From NCBI RefSeq assembly GCF_009914755.1, contig NC_060947.1: a stretch of 64,000 nucleotides of DNA. One strand, written 5' to 3'. Below are positions 12,600-26,060 of this stretch, piece by piece. The notes under the pieces are model-generated. The model was not told where the DNA came from. It saw only the letters and a list, made by a program, of their open reading frames with translations, and did not search any database. This DNA comes from the human T2T-CHM13v2.0 reference genome, Homo sapiens. A program made the translations under genes and the position numbers. Within the stretch, counting starts at the first letter, position 1. The number at the start of each line of letters is the position of its first letter.

Positions 12600-13027
12600 G
12601 ATGTTCAAAAAATATATGTTGGCTGGAAATATTCTATAGGCAGCTCTGCCCTTGCACAAAAAGGGTATAAGAACCTGGTGAGCCAAGAGCCCAATATCTT
12701 CTAAGGAGTACTGATGACAATGCCAAACTTTATCTGATCCCTGTGCTCCTGGAAGGCAGCAACAGTTAAGAATTTTCCCCACCCTTTTATATTCTGGCTA
12801 ACCTCAAAGTACTACTCTACTCTCATATATTCTCATATAAGATCCATTTTCATCCTTCTCAGGGCTCCCATAAGCCTTGTGGATGACTCCCTTGTTTACC
12901 TGCCTCTGTAAAACTCCATGCCCCCTTCCTTTTCACGGAGATGTTCCCCATTAATGAATGTTCTCCCTATTATAGTAGCTTCAATGAGATTATCTCTTTA
13001 ATTATCCAGTGTATTTTGTCTTTCACA
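12600..13027 (+). mobile_element. Old LTR relic
   Basis: LTR-like composition ending ...tttgtctttcaca. Confidence 0.45.
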
Positions 13028-13519
13028 CCTAGAATTCTTTCCTTTCCTGTAACGCCCCCAACTCCCATTAAAAGAAAGGATTTTGTTCCATGACCCAAAT
13101 AGTTTACAGAAGTTTACTGTCAGAACATTTGCTTTAGGGTGAAACTTTTATGCAGGATGCTTGTAAAAGTGCTCAAAAAGATGGAGCAGGACTTTTCTGA
13201 GCTTATTGTAACAAGTTGTAAGACTTTCTTGTGCCTGCTTGCTAATAAATGTTTACATGTGCGGGATAACTCAGTCTACAATGTCCATTCATTGTAACAT
13301 ACCATGTAGTAGCAAGATTGTGCAATGTGAAGCCCTATAGTCCTCAGCTTCTAGATATTCAAACTTAACCCTTGTGGAGGACAAATTGGCTTAAGTCAGG
13401 TTACAACAAAAATATGATAATAAATGGAAATTACTTGTTCAGTATCCATTTTTACTAATTTAATATGTAAATATATTTTTATTCTTTTTCTTATTCTTTC
13501 TTTCTTGTCTGCTTGATAA

Positions 13520-13835
13520 TGAAAACTGAGACCATATACACCCACACAGCTTACCATCTACATTAACATGACGTTATTCTTTCACTGCCTTCATCGGTGT
13601 AATTTTACCATTCCAGGAAACTCTTTCTCAGAAAGATAAAAGTTGCAAATAAACTATTTTTTCATTCCAGGAACTTCCTGGAAGAACCATCAGGATAGTC
13701 TTGAAAGACCATTGGTGGACTGCTTGGCCCATGACTAAACTATTATATCATGATCCTCACCCAATCATAACTAAGCCCCTTGGTTATGATTAAAAGACCA
13801 GACTTTACAATCTTATAAACATCCTAACTTCACCA
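13520..13835 (+). mobile_element. LTR 5' fragment, cut off at the L1 junction
   Basis: Starts tgaaaactgagacc; U3-like with cccaatc and ttataaa; no U5 end seen. Confidence 0.4.
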
Positions 13836-13839
13836 TTAT

Positions 13840-14551
13840 AAATGGCGATCATTAAAAAGTCAGAAAACAATAGATGCTGGAGAGGATGTGGAGAAATAGG
13901 AGCGCTTTCACACTGCTGGTGGGAGTGTAAATTAGTTCAACCATTGTGGAAGACAGTGTGGTGATTCCTCAAGGATCTAGAACCAGAAGTACCATTTGAC
14001 CCAGCAATCCCATTACTGGGTATATATCCAAAGGATTATAAATCATTCTACTATAAAGACACATGCACACATATGTTTATTGCAGCACTATTCACAATAG
14101 CAAGGACTTGGAACCAACCCAAATGCCCATCAATGATAGACTGGATAAAGAAAATGTGGTACATATACACCATGGAATACTATGCAGCCATAAAAAGAAT
14201 GAGTTCATGTCCTTTGCAGGGACATGGATGAAGCTGGAAACCATCACTCTCAGCAAACTAACACAGGAACAGAAAACCAAACACCACATGTTCTCACTCA
14301 CAAGTGGGAGTTGAACAATGAGAACACATGGACACAGGGAGGGGAACATCACACACTGGGGCCTGTCAGGGGCTGGGGGGCTAGGGGAGGGATAGCATTA
14401 GGAGAAATACCTAATGTAGATGACAGGTTGATGAGTGCAGGAAACCATCATGGCACATGTACACCTATGTAACAAACCTGCACGTTCTGCACATGAATTC
14501 CAGAACTTAAAGTATAATAATAATAATAAAGAAAACTAAAAAAAAAAAAAA
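13840..14551 (+). mobile_element. 5'-truncated L1PA (approximately PA6-PA8) 3' end with poly(A)
   Basis: ORF2 C-terminus ([10 protein letters not shown]), 3' UTR G-rich tract, aataaa and A-tail. Confidence 0.92.
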
Positions 14552-14974
14552 GAATAAATTGCTGAAAAGAAAAATAATGCCAAATAAGAAGTCAGAAGCT
14601 ATTAAAAAAAGGAGAAAGTGGTTAACAAGGACAAATGTTGCAGAAAGATCAACTAGACTTGCATTTGGCAAATTTGGACATCTTTGGTGGATTTAGCAAA
14701 AACAGTTTAGTGGCATGGTGGAGGGAAGAATAAATGATGTAATCCTCATATCTATTTTGAGGAAGCTGATACATTTCAATTACTTTATGTTACTGACTGG
14801 CAAGTTTCACTTTGAGAGATTAATGGTATATTGATTGGAATGTCTCAAGAAGACTCTCTTTAATGAAATGGATGATCAATGAAAATGTATTTATTCAAGT
14901 TTGCATTAACCAGAGTCTTGGCCATAGAACGCACTCAATAAACAAAATTTAAATTGAAGATAACATTCATTCAC

Positions 14975-14984
14975 TTCTCTCTCT

Positions 14985-15016
<32 letters not shown>

Positions 15017-15024
15017 GTGTGTGT
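14975..15024. repeat. (CT)n(GT)n microsatellite
   Basis: Direct reading. Confidence 0.9.
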
Positions 15025-15039
15025 ATAGTATATAGATGC

Positions 15040-15836
15040 TTTTTATTTTGTATATCTATATATACTTTTGATTTTGAAACAATTAGAGATTCACAAGAGG
15101 TTGCAAAAGAAATGTACAGGAAAGTCCCATGTACCCATTCCTTTGCCTCTTCCAATGTTAACTTCTTAAACCACAATAATACGTCACCAATACCAAGAAA
15201 TTTATATTGGTACAGTCTATAGAGCTTATTCAAATTCAACAGCATGTGGCACTGTGCAATATTATCACATATGTAGCCTTGCATAACCACCACCGCAATC
15301 AAGAGATTCAACTGTACCATTGCCACAAGATTCTCTTATGTTATCCCTTTGTAGACACATGTGTTCAAGTGTTTTCTTTCTCTCCATCCCTAACCCCTGG
15401 CAACCACTGATCAGTTCTCTATTTCTATAATTATGCTATTTAATGAATGTTACATAAATGGAACCATGGACTATCCTTTTAATACTGAATTTTTTTAATG
15501 CAGCCTAATTTCCTTGAGGTTCATCCAATTTCTGTGTGAATCAATAGTTCATTTTTATGACTGAGTAGTGTTTCATAGTAGGTATGTACCACCAATTGTT
15601 TAAGCATTCACCATTTGAAGGATATGTGGGTTGTTTTTAGTTTGTAGCTATTATAAATAAACCTGTTATGGACATTCATGTAAAGGGTTTTGTATGAACA
15701 TAGGTTTTCATTTCTCTGGGATGAATGCCTAAGAGTATAATTGCTGGGCTGTAAGTTGCATGTTTAGTTTTGTAAGAAACTGCCAAACTCTTCTCCAGAG
15801 CAGCTGTGCCATTTTACATTCCCATGGCAATGTATG
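15040..15836 (-). mobile_element. L1M (MB/MC-like) 3' end
   Basis: taacccctggcaaccactga, ttttacattccca and other L1M 3' motifs in antisense. Confidence 0.8.
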
Positions 15837-16160
15837 CAAGGGATATTGGGATTTATAATAAGATGCATACATTTAGTCTTTGGAAGCTGAGTTTTCTGGC
15901 ACTCAGCTCCCAAAACCCTTGGAATCTCCAAAGTAATGTGTCTTTTTGCATGTTAATGAGATGACTGATGGCTGGGGCTCCTCGATACCCTCAGGATGGG
16001 GACTAGTTGCCAGGGGAACCAACTATGTGATTAAAGGGCTGGAACTTTCAGCCCCACTTCTCACTTAAAGGAACGGAGAGGGGCTGAAGTTTGAATTGAT
16101 CACCAATGACCAATATTTAATCAATCATGCCTATGTAATGAAACTTCCAGAAAAATGCCT
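15837..16160. mobile_element. MER21-like LTR fragment (truncated)
   Basis: aaaacccttggaatctcc...ggaactttcagcccca...aatcaatcatgcctatgtaatgaaac. Confidence 0.7.
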
Positions 16161-18167
16161 GAGGAGTTTCTTGAGACTCACAATAAAATGTGTTTAATCC
16201 TAAATGGGTCCTGTTAAGAATTCCTTTGTTATTTTGTCATGCTTTAAGGCCCAGGAAAGGCCTAGGCAAAACTCTTGGTGGGCTTTTGTTACATTCCAGC
16301 CTTTGTATAAGGGCACTGGCTTTTTCTTAGCTTTTAATACTTAACCACTCAATCAGTACTGAAACAGTTGTTATGGAGGCCTGCGATAGTGAGACCTGGC
16401 CTGCTACACTCCCCAATGTCAATTTGCACATGATTTCTACCATGCTTGCATGTCGGGAGATGGGGCGTCGTAATATTTCTGGCTACTTCCTGCTGAGAGA
16501 GGGTTGTCATTATGGGGTACCAAACACAGCACTGGAGTAAAAGAGGTTGATTTGTTCCTGGTAGCACTCTATGTTTCGGGGGCTTAGAGGCAGCGCCTGC
16601 TGAAACATTTAGTCTTCAGTTCACAGGGCTTTAAGAAAGCACAGCTTCGGTTTTAGTGACTTCCAATTAGGAAAAAAATGAGGGAAAAGGAAAAGAGAAA
16701 GGAAAAAATTGAAAACATTATTTTGGAATTTAATCCAAACTGCAGAAAATAATAAAAATTGAAAAACGTCAGGCAAGACTAGAATTTAACAACAGGTATA
16801 CTATAGTTTTTGAAGCATAATTTTTCTGTCTCTAGTTTCCCATTTTTATTAAGAGACAAATCATGGTGGGATTGGTTTGCTTCATTATACTTGGCCTGAT
16901 TATTTGTATACAGTGCAGCAAGAATAATTATTTTTCACATAGGCCTTTTATATTGGCTTTGATGGAACTTTATTCCATAAAAGGAATCTAAGATAAGGCC
17001 TTTTAAAGCCGAGCCCAGCCATGGATTTGTACCACCAAATACCTATAAGTTGGGTGAATTCCTTTCCTCTTGAGGTTCCATGATAACTTGGGGTTCCTGG
17101 CCTGTCAGAAAGTGACATTCTTTACTTCCCACAGATCAGAAACCCTGTACAGGGACTTTGTACACAAAGTATTTGACCAGTTTTCCAAGGGCTTTATTGG
17201 CTCCATAAGTCAAGTTTGATTCTTTAAAGGAGAGCAAACCATTCCAGCCAAACCCTTGGTAAAATAACCAGTTTTTCCAATTGTGTCCTGTTACAAAAGA
17301 AAACAGATTCTTATTGCACTTATGCAAATAACTGTATTGCCATAAGTTAAGAATACTCACATATAGTTTCCAAATTCTGGAGAATCAGGTAGAAACAAAT
17401 GTGCTCCAAATTTTTTTCATAAGAGTATAATTTACTTAATTTTTAAAAGCTGTTAATAGATCAAAAGTTTCCTTGACTCTGAAAAGCAAAACAAAGGATT
17501 AGCAAAATTTTAAGCAAAAAGCCAAAAAGATCACTTCAGTTTCCTATTAGTTCAGTTCATGCAGTTAATTCCTGTCCTGCTTGATATTAATGAACATTTT
17601 AGCTCTTCAAGAGTCCTGAACGTTGTTCCTCTATTCTGATATCACAATCTCCAAAGTTATCAGAAACCTGCATTTAAGAGCACCAGATAGAGCTTTATAG
17701 CTGATTATAAAACCACCTTCTAAAGAGGAGCAAAACAAGACAATAATTGTTTATGGATGACAAAAGGTTTTAGGGTAGCCATAGTTAAAGACACAATTGA
17801 CTAGGATATCTGTTACCTCTGTGGCACACAATAATTTAACACAACAATTATGATTATTACTGATAATGTACACTAGAATATATCAGAATTACAGGAGTCT
17901 CCCATAATTTTGGAACACATACCAATAACATATTTATACAAATATACCCAAAGAAAACTAAATACCGTTTCATATTTGAAAATTATTTCTGTATAATTTT
18001 TATGCCAAATAAGCCAAACTTTCACCTTTACATTAGCATACTATTAATGTTAAACCCAATTCTTAATAAAATCTTATAGACATATTTACCCAATTTTAAT
18101 GTTTGACCATAAGATTTTTACAGACCTTTTATAACCGTTTACAAATTTTGTTAAAGAGCAGGTTAGT

Positions 18168-18543
<376 letters not shown>

Positions 18544-19424
18544 TTAACTTTAGCCAATATGTTTACACACAGAATTTCCTTTACAATCAACCTTCCACAG
18601 CTTGCTTAAACCTTCATCTTTATTTTATCCAACTTAAAATAATCCTTTAACCTTTTAATCTAGGCAAGAATCTACATTCTCATGCCTCCTTATAATCTTT
18701 TTACCAAAAGTATATTTTACTTTCCTTACACACCTTGCATGTAAACTTTTTCTTCAATAGTCTTAAATGCATGTTACACTGTTAACTCTGAGCAACCTTT
18801 ACTTTTGGTGAAAACCTTGGTAAGTTTGGGATTTTAATTATGTACCAGGTGTGGAGCCTAGGACCTAGACAGAAGTGCAGATAAGGTCTGACTTATTTCA
18901 GCGTCTGACTCCACGTGTCCCAGGCTTTATCTAGAATTTAACACTCCAAAATAAATTGAACAATTTTTAAGTCAAAGAAGCAGTTTATGACCTAAAGCAT
19001 TTAGCAAACCTAATATTTGACCTGCAAAATTTAGATCAAATGTTTACATTTTTGAAGATACTTTTATTTTACCAATAATCTTTAAAATTCTCTTTATTTT
19101 TATAACTTTCTTTGTATTTCTCTTATTTCCTAGTTTTGTTTACCTTGTTTTATATATAATCTTTAAATAAGCTTTGAATTAGACAAAAACTAGTTATCCC
19201 TTAAAAAGGAAAGCATTTTTAGAAAGAATGTTTTCCTACAATATATTTTTATTGGAAAATACCCAAATAATGAGATATCTGTTGTTTAATTTGATATAAC
19301 TTCAGATTCTAAATTATGAGAAGTTTGTTTATGAGTATTTATCCCATTGTATTTATCTAATTATTTATTTTAATCATTTACCTGGATTATTTATGAAAAC
19401 TGTGTAGTCATAATTTAAAATTAT

Positions 19425-19630
19425 AAAACCACCATTGCAAAATTATAACTAAGACAGTGAAAATGATCTGAACTAACTGACTCCATCTTGCTTCTAACCT
19501 AGAAGCTATTCTTGTTCATTAACTTAGTTTAGAGTTTAGCTTTGAAACAAAGGTGATAACAGTCCTTTCCCAGAACAAACTTCCTTCATGTCTGTGGACT
19601 AGCCTGCCTAAGGCCACAAGATTAGAAGTT
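19425..19630 (+). mobile_element. LTR8-like 5' fragment inside the provirus, in opposite orientation
   Basis: ttgcaaaattataactaagacagtgaaa...gactccatcttgcttctaacct. Confidence 0.6.
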
Positions 19631-19853
19631 AGGGTATTTAACTAAATAATTCAAGATATAGCTAACTTCCTTAAACCAATATTAATGTTTCATTTATTAA
19701 AAAATTACCCAAGCAAAGATCATTCTATTTGGGCTGAGTTATGGTTTTGTAGCCTCTATACCAAATTTTGACACCTTATAGTATTTGGCAGAGATAAGTA
19801 TGATATTGCTAAATCAATAAATGCAAACAAAAATGTATGCTGGTAACTCTTAA

Positions 19854-20177
<324 letters not shown>

Positions 20178-21301
20178 TTTGCCAATACTTTTTAAAGCTA
20201 GCTTATTTATTAAAGATTTTAAGTCACATAAACTTGAAAAAGCATTTGACTAGTCTTTGCTGTTAAAGTATTCAAGTGCTTTTATTTTTCTTTGAGCCAA
20301 TTAATTAGAACTCTTTTATATATTTTCAGTAGTGAAACATGATGTACACAAGACATAAATACATAGACGTACTAGACATGCCAACAGAAGTACATTTTAT
20401 AGATTCAGGAGACCTCCTTTTTCTTATCTTTTAACTAGATCTTTGAGCTCTGGGCAGAGCCCACACTGAATCCTGGGTTTTTCAAAAGGGAAAATTATTG
20501 TGAGGCTAGACCACGTGATGCTTTTACAGTACACTTAAAAAAATTTTTTCCCAAAGATATTTCTAAATGTCTAAATTATAAATTTTTCTCAAAAACCCCA
20601 GAGTAGCTTCTGTTGTAATAGCTATTAATGAAGAAAACAGGATTCAGTCAACTAAGAAGAAAAAACTTTTGCTCAAAAAGACAAGGTCCTCCTAGGAGAG
20701 AAATAAACAAAAACAAAAACATGAAGGTCTTTTAAATACAAACATGCAAACATACATATACACATCCTGGATGTTAGCTTTAATTAGGCTGACTTTTAAA
20801 CATTGAACTCCTAAAAAAATTTTTTTCCTTCCCAGAGGCCTCTCAGCAGGAATGGACCCAATATCTCCCATTTTCAATTTACATGGTATCAAAAAAAATA
20901 AGCAGATACACAAACAAGTGGAGACAAATTTTGGACAAGACAAAAGGGAGTGCATTCAGGCAAAACAGACTCAAAACCAACTCAAAACCTGATCTCAACC
21001 AAAATGCAAGGCAGGGGTATGAGCAAGCCCTATCACTTCCCTTGGTGGTACTGGACAAATGGCTTAACAAGCCCAGATAGGAAAAAAATAGGCTCCTGGC
21101 ATACGATCCAGTTAACTCACCCTTTGAGCATGTCCACTCCTCATCATTGTTCTTCCCCAGTACAGAAAAGGACATGCAGATTTGCACATGGAACAGCCCT
21201 CCAGAGGGTCCCCAGGGGAAACCTCACCTGGTAGCTGCTGGATCCTCCTGAAGCCTGTCTCATCACAAGCTGCCAGCTGCTGAATGCAGCACTGTCCTTA
21301 T

Positions 21302-21319
21302 CTACTGGCTGGCTCACCA
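21302..21319 (-). other. Primer-binding site complementary to tRNA-Arg(ACG)
   Basis: Minus strand TGGTGAGCCAGCCAGTAG versus TGGCGAGCCAGCCAGGAG (16/18). Confidence 0.8.
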
Positions 21320-22996
21320 AATTTGTTCCCGGACCAAACTGAGGGTTGAGTTGCTATTTCTCATGGCCCAATAACGAGATGGAGATGAACTGGGGAGGAA
21401 GAGAGTTTTTATTTATGTAACCAGTTATAGGGAGAAGGCCTGGAAATTGTCGCCAGACCAACTCAAAATTACAAAGTTTTCCAGAGCTTATATACCTTCT
21501 AGGCTATACGTCTACGTGTAAGTGTGCATTCATCTAAAGGCATAAGTGATTAACTTCTTTTAATCTATAACTAAGGTCTGGAGTCCTGAAGACATTCCTC
21601 TGGAGCCTCAGTAAATTTACTTAATCTAAATGGGTCCAGGTGCTGGGATGATTACCCTTACCTGCTACATCACGGAGGTTTGAGGAGTTCCTTCAGACCC
21701 CCAATAAACTTGTTTAATCCTAAATGGGTCCTGTTAAGAATTCCTTCATTATTTTGTCATGCTTTGAGGCCCAGGAAAGGCTGAGGCAAAACTCTTGGTA
21801 GGCTTTTGTTACATCCTAGCCTTTGTATAAGGGCACTGGCTTTTAATATTGAACTTAACCACTCAGTCAGTACTGAAATAGTTGTTAATGAGACCTGGCC
21901 TGCCACACTTTCACACATACGTTTTATCGTAGGATAATGTTTTAACACATAAGTTCACTGTGTTAAAAATCATAAGTATATTTTAGGATGTGGAGTTGAT
22001 ATTATAATCTTGGCTTTCCATGTTTAATCCTTTCTCTAATGCCTTTTGCACTCAATATTATCACTGAGGTGAATAACAACTGAGTGTACAAAAACAAATT
22101 GAAAGGGTGAAAAGGACAAAGATCAAGTTGAATATGAATATAGATAATCATATTTTAAATAGTATAATTAATTTAACATGTACAGTCTACGAAAAGATGC
22201 TGGCAGCAATACATCTGTCCTGGATTAAATCAAGAGAGCCCAGGGATAAGAAGTGACATTTAACAGAATTATTATTATAAGCATATCTTATTATTAAGAT
22301 GAAAGAAGTTCACATTTTATCTGAACTTCTGGACACATACTGAGCAACTGCAAAAATGTTTAAACAAATAAATCACCAGAAGCCTTTCAATCAGCTTAAT
22401 TCCCTTCAATTGGACAAGAGCTTAATAGAAAAATTCATCTTTACAGAGCCATCAGTATTTGAAAGCTAAATTCAGTTCGACAAATAAAAGAGATTAAATT
22501 CAAAGAAGAGCATAAGGCAAGGGTATAGCAACCAAGAGGTCTATTTGTGCACCAGTATTTTGAGTAAGCCTATGGAAAGGATGTTAAATCTTCAGTTCTA
22601 GATGGATAGATGGATAAGGATGTGGATAGATGGAAGAGCGCATTATAAAGCCAGTAAAGTAAAATGTAAATTATATAATACAGGTGGTGAGAATATGGAT
22701 GTTCACTGTAAAATTCTTTCACCTTTTCTGTATGTCTGAACATTATCTTAACAAACTTGAAAATATGAAAAATCCTCAGTTCTGTATAACTCATAAAAAC
22801 AGTAGCATATTTCCACTTTGACCATAAAAGATAGTGGTATATATGTGTACATGTGTGTGTTTTAACTGACATGCTAACCAACTTGCGGTACCTGTACTAC
22901 ATTTTCCACTCATTCCAACACTTTATACAATTTGGCATGTTGGACTGGAAAGGATAGTGGAGATGGTATTCCTTCATCATTGTAATTTACACTCAC

Positions 22997-23069
22997 TCGC
23001 ATGGGTATATAGGAGAGCATACACAAGACCAATCAGAAGAGAGTGTGCTGGAATCTCCATGTCATCAAC
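22997..23069 (-). other. Candidate exon encoding a signal-peptide-like 21-aa leader (MEIPAHSLLIGLVYALLYTHA)
   Basis: Minus strand tttttataaag|GTTGATGACATGG...CATGCGA|gtgagt; 64 nt from ATG to donor, phase 1; non-repeat DNA. Confidence 0.35.
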
Positions 23070-23459
23070 CTTTATAAAAATGATTCCAGAGTTTCAGTTA
23101 TCAGTCCATCAAATCAGAGCAATGGCAGAGTTCACCACCTGTATGGATGATAGATGGTCCATATTTCTTATCAGGGAAGAGACAATGAAAAGAAAACATT
23201 CCTCAAAAAAGTACATTTTACTTAGGATTTACTTGACAATGTATTCCATTATATGTTCATACCATCGAGGAAAAAAAGGGTCTCAAAAGCATAATTATCT
23301 ATTCTTATGGAATATTACAAGTTCTTTATCTCTGGGATTAATAGTCAGGGCCCTATCTAAAGGCAATCTGGCTAGAGACATAGAAATAAATTTGAGAAAT
23401 AGGGATTAGGTAGGGAGGCAAACCATCAGATGCAGTCAGGTATAAAAGTTCTGTGAAGG

Positions 23460-23570
23460 GAGAGTTTTTTTGGTTGTTTCTCTTCACTGCTGTACCCCCA
23501 GGACCTAAAACACAGCCTAGCGCATAGTGAGTGCTTGATAAATGCTTCATTGACTAATTCAATTAATGAA
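23460..23570 (+). mobile_element. L2 3' end
   Basis: ttcactgctgtacccccaggacctaaaacacagcctagcgcatag...aattaatgaa. Confidence 0.7.
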
Positions 23571-23610
23571 TTCTCCTCAATTTATTAGATTGTAAACCCA
23601 TTTATGACAT

Positions 23611-24185
23611 TGCAATGAAGTGAATTGTGTCCCTTCCAAATTCCTACATCAGAGCCTTAACCTCCAATGTGATGGTATTTGGAGATGGGGCCTTTGGAAG
23701 GTAATTACGTTTAAATGTTTGGAAGGTAATTACGTTTACTCATGAGAGTAAAATCTTCATGTTGAGATTGGTGCCCTCATAAACAGAAATCATGGTGGTG
23801 CACAATTGTAGTCCCATCTACTCGGGAGGCAGAGGTGGGAGGATTGCTTTAGTCCAGGAGGTCGAGGCTGCAGCAAGCCATGATTGCACCACTGCACTGC
23901 ACACTCCAGCCTAGATGACAGAGTTAGATCTGTCTCACAAAAAAAGAAGAAACCAGATAGCTTTCTCTCTCCCACCTGTGCCCCCATCCCACCATGTAAG
24001 AATACAGCAAGAAGGCAGTTGTCTGCAAGCCAGGAAGAAATTGTTCACTAGGGAACCAAATTGGCCAGCACCTTGCTCTTAGCCTTCCAGCTTTCAAAAG
24101 TGTAAGAAATTAATTGAGTTGTTTAAGTTGTTTAAACCATTCAGCCCATGATATTTTGTTATGGCAGCTTGAGCTGACTAATACA
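23611..24185 (+). mobile_element. MLT1A-like MaLR LTR containing an Alu monomer (about 23790-23950) and a 21-bp tandem duplication (about 23693-23738)
   Basis: tgaattgtgtccc...tttgttatggcagc...ctaataca; tttggaaggtaattacgttta twice. Confidence 0.8.
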
Positions 24186-24469
24186 AGCATGAACCATGTA
24201 TGTCTCTGATCAATTAAAAAGAACCAGACAGTCTAGTCCAAAGTAAATCGCCATATGTTAAAATTAGAATCCCAGTGAGATGCAATATTTCTTATCATAC
24301 ATTTGTTAAGATCTCATTCTCTCAGCTTCCAAATTATTAATTCAGTAAATTTAACAGCTTAGCACTCTGTACTAGATGTGGTGTGTATTTTGAAAAAGGA
24401 AGAACAAGGGGAATTTTTACTTCCAGATATTTAAGAGGCTTTTATATGCAATTATAGGCTTATAGTTAT

Positions 24470-25525
24470 TATACTTTAACATGTACAATTTAATTGTTTT
24501 GATTATAGTCACCCTGTTGTACTATCATGTACTAGGTATTATTCACTACTTCACATTTTTTTTGGTAGTAATTAACCACCACCAGCTCCCCTGCTGCACA
24601 CTTCACTACCCTTCCCAGCCTCTAGTAACCATCCTTCTACTCTTTCTCCATGTGTTCAATTGTTTTGATTTTTCCATGCCACAGATAAGTGAGAATATGC
24701 AATGTTTGTCTTTCTGTGCCTGGCTGATTTCACTTAACATAATAACCTCCGATTACATCCATGTTGTAGCAAATAACAGAATCTCATTCTTTTTTAATGG
24801 CTGAATAGTACTCCATTGTGTATAATTGCCACATTTTCTTTATCCATTCATATGCTGATGGACACTTAAGTTGCTTCCAAATCTTGGCTATTGTGAACAG
24901 TGTTGCAACAAATACGGGAATACAGATATCTCTTTGATATACTGAATCCCTTTCTTTGGGGTATATACCCAGCAGTGGGATAGCTGGATCATATGTTAAC
25001 TCTACTTTTAGTTTTTTGAGAAACCTCCAAACTGTATTCCATAGTGGTTGTACTAATTTACATTCCCACCAATGGTGCATGAGAGTTTCCTTTTCTCCAC
25101 ATTTTCTCCAGCATTTGTTGTTGCCTTTCTTTTGGATAAAAGCCATTTTAACTGGGATGAGATGATATCTCTTTATAATTTTGACTTTCATTTATCTGAT
25201 GATCAGTGATGTTGAGAACCTTTTCATATGTCTGTTTGCCATTTGCATGTCTTTTGAAGAATGTCTATTCAAATCTTTGGCCGATTTTTAAATCAGATTA
25301 TTCAATTATTTTCCTATAGATTTGTTTGAGCTCCTTATATATTCTGGTTATTAATCCCTTGGCAGATGGATAGTTTGCAAATATTTTCTCCCATTCTTTG
25401 GGTTGTCTTCTCACTTTTTTGATTGTTTCCTTTGCTGTGCAGAAGCTCTTTAACTTGATGTGATTCCATTTGTCCATATTTGCTTTGGTTGCCTGGGCTT
25501 GTGGGGTATTACTCAAGAAATTTTG
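24470..25525 (-). mobile_element. L1PB/L1MA 3' fragment
   Basis: ORF2 C-terminal homology in minus ORFs 24784-25191 and 25298-25516. Confidence 0.9.
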
Positions 25526-25589
25526 ATATCTGCAGGGATGCTGGAACTAATCCTCTCACAGATACCAAGAGATGACTGTGTAAATTGTC

Positions 25590-25735
25590 CAAAATGCTAG
25601 CCACTAGTCACATATGGTTACTGAGTGAAAATTGACCACTGTGACTGAGGAACTGGATTTTAAATTTTATTTAATATTAATCAATTTAAATTCAAATAGC
25701 CACATGCGGTTAGTGACTACTGTGTTGGACATCAA
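25590..25735. mobile_element. MER3/MER33-like DNA-transposon relic, preceded by a short MER2-like end at about 25525-25580
   Basis: Imperfect palindrome tagccactagtcacatatgg...tagccacatgcggttagtgacta. Confidence 0.6.
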
Positions 25736-25779
25736 AGCTTTAAAGGGAAGGCTGACATAAAGCAAAAGATCAAATAATA

Positions 25780-26060
25780 ACAATATTAGATAACAGTTAC
25801 TGAGAGGTCATATGTTAAGTTATGCTTACTGAGAGGTCATATGCTAAGTTATGTTCTAAGTACTGTACATGTAACAACTTTTTCAGACCTCATGATAACC
25901 CTATGAGCTAGGTACTACTACCACCTCCACTTTACAAGTGAAGAAACTGAAAAACAGAGAGGTTAAATAATTTGCCCGAGATACACAGTTACTAAATGGC
26001 AGAGCTAGGATTAGAACTCAAGTTACTTGGCTCCAGAAGCCATGCTCTTAATAATTTCAC
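25780..26060 (-). mobile_element. MIR with a 29-bp tandem duplication at about 25797-25854
   Basis: MIR core ttttacaagtgaagaaactga...ggttaaataatttgccc; ttactgagaggtcatatg(t/c)taagttatg twice. Confidence 0.8.

Noticed and set aside
13545-13597. Minus-strand donor (gatg|gtaagc) as the next exon after the leader candidate
   Set aside because: All three frames contain stops and it probably lies inside an LTR relic
23441-23449. TATAAAAG as a promoter
   Set aside because: Isolated motif directly followed by an L2 end; no other support
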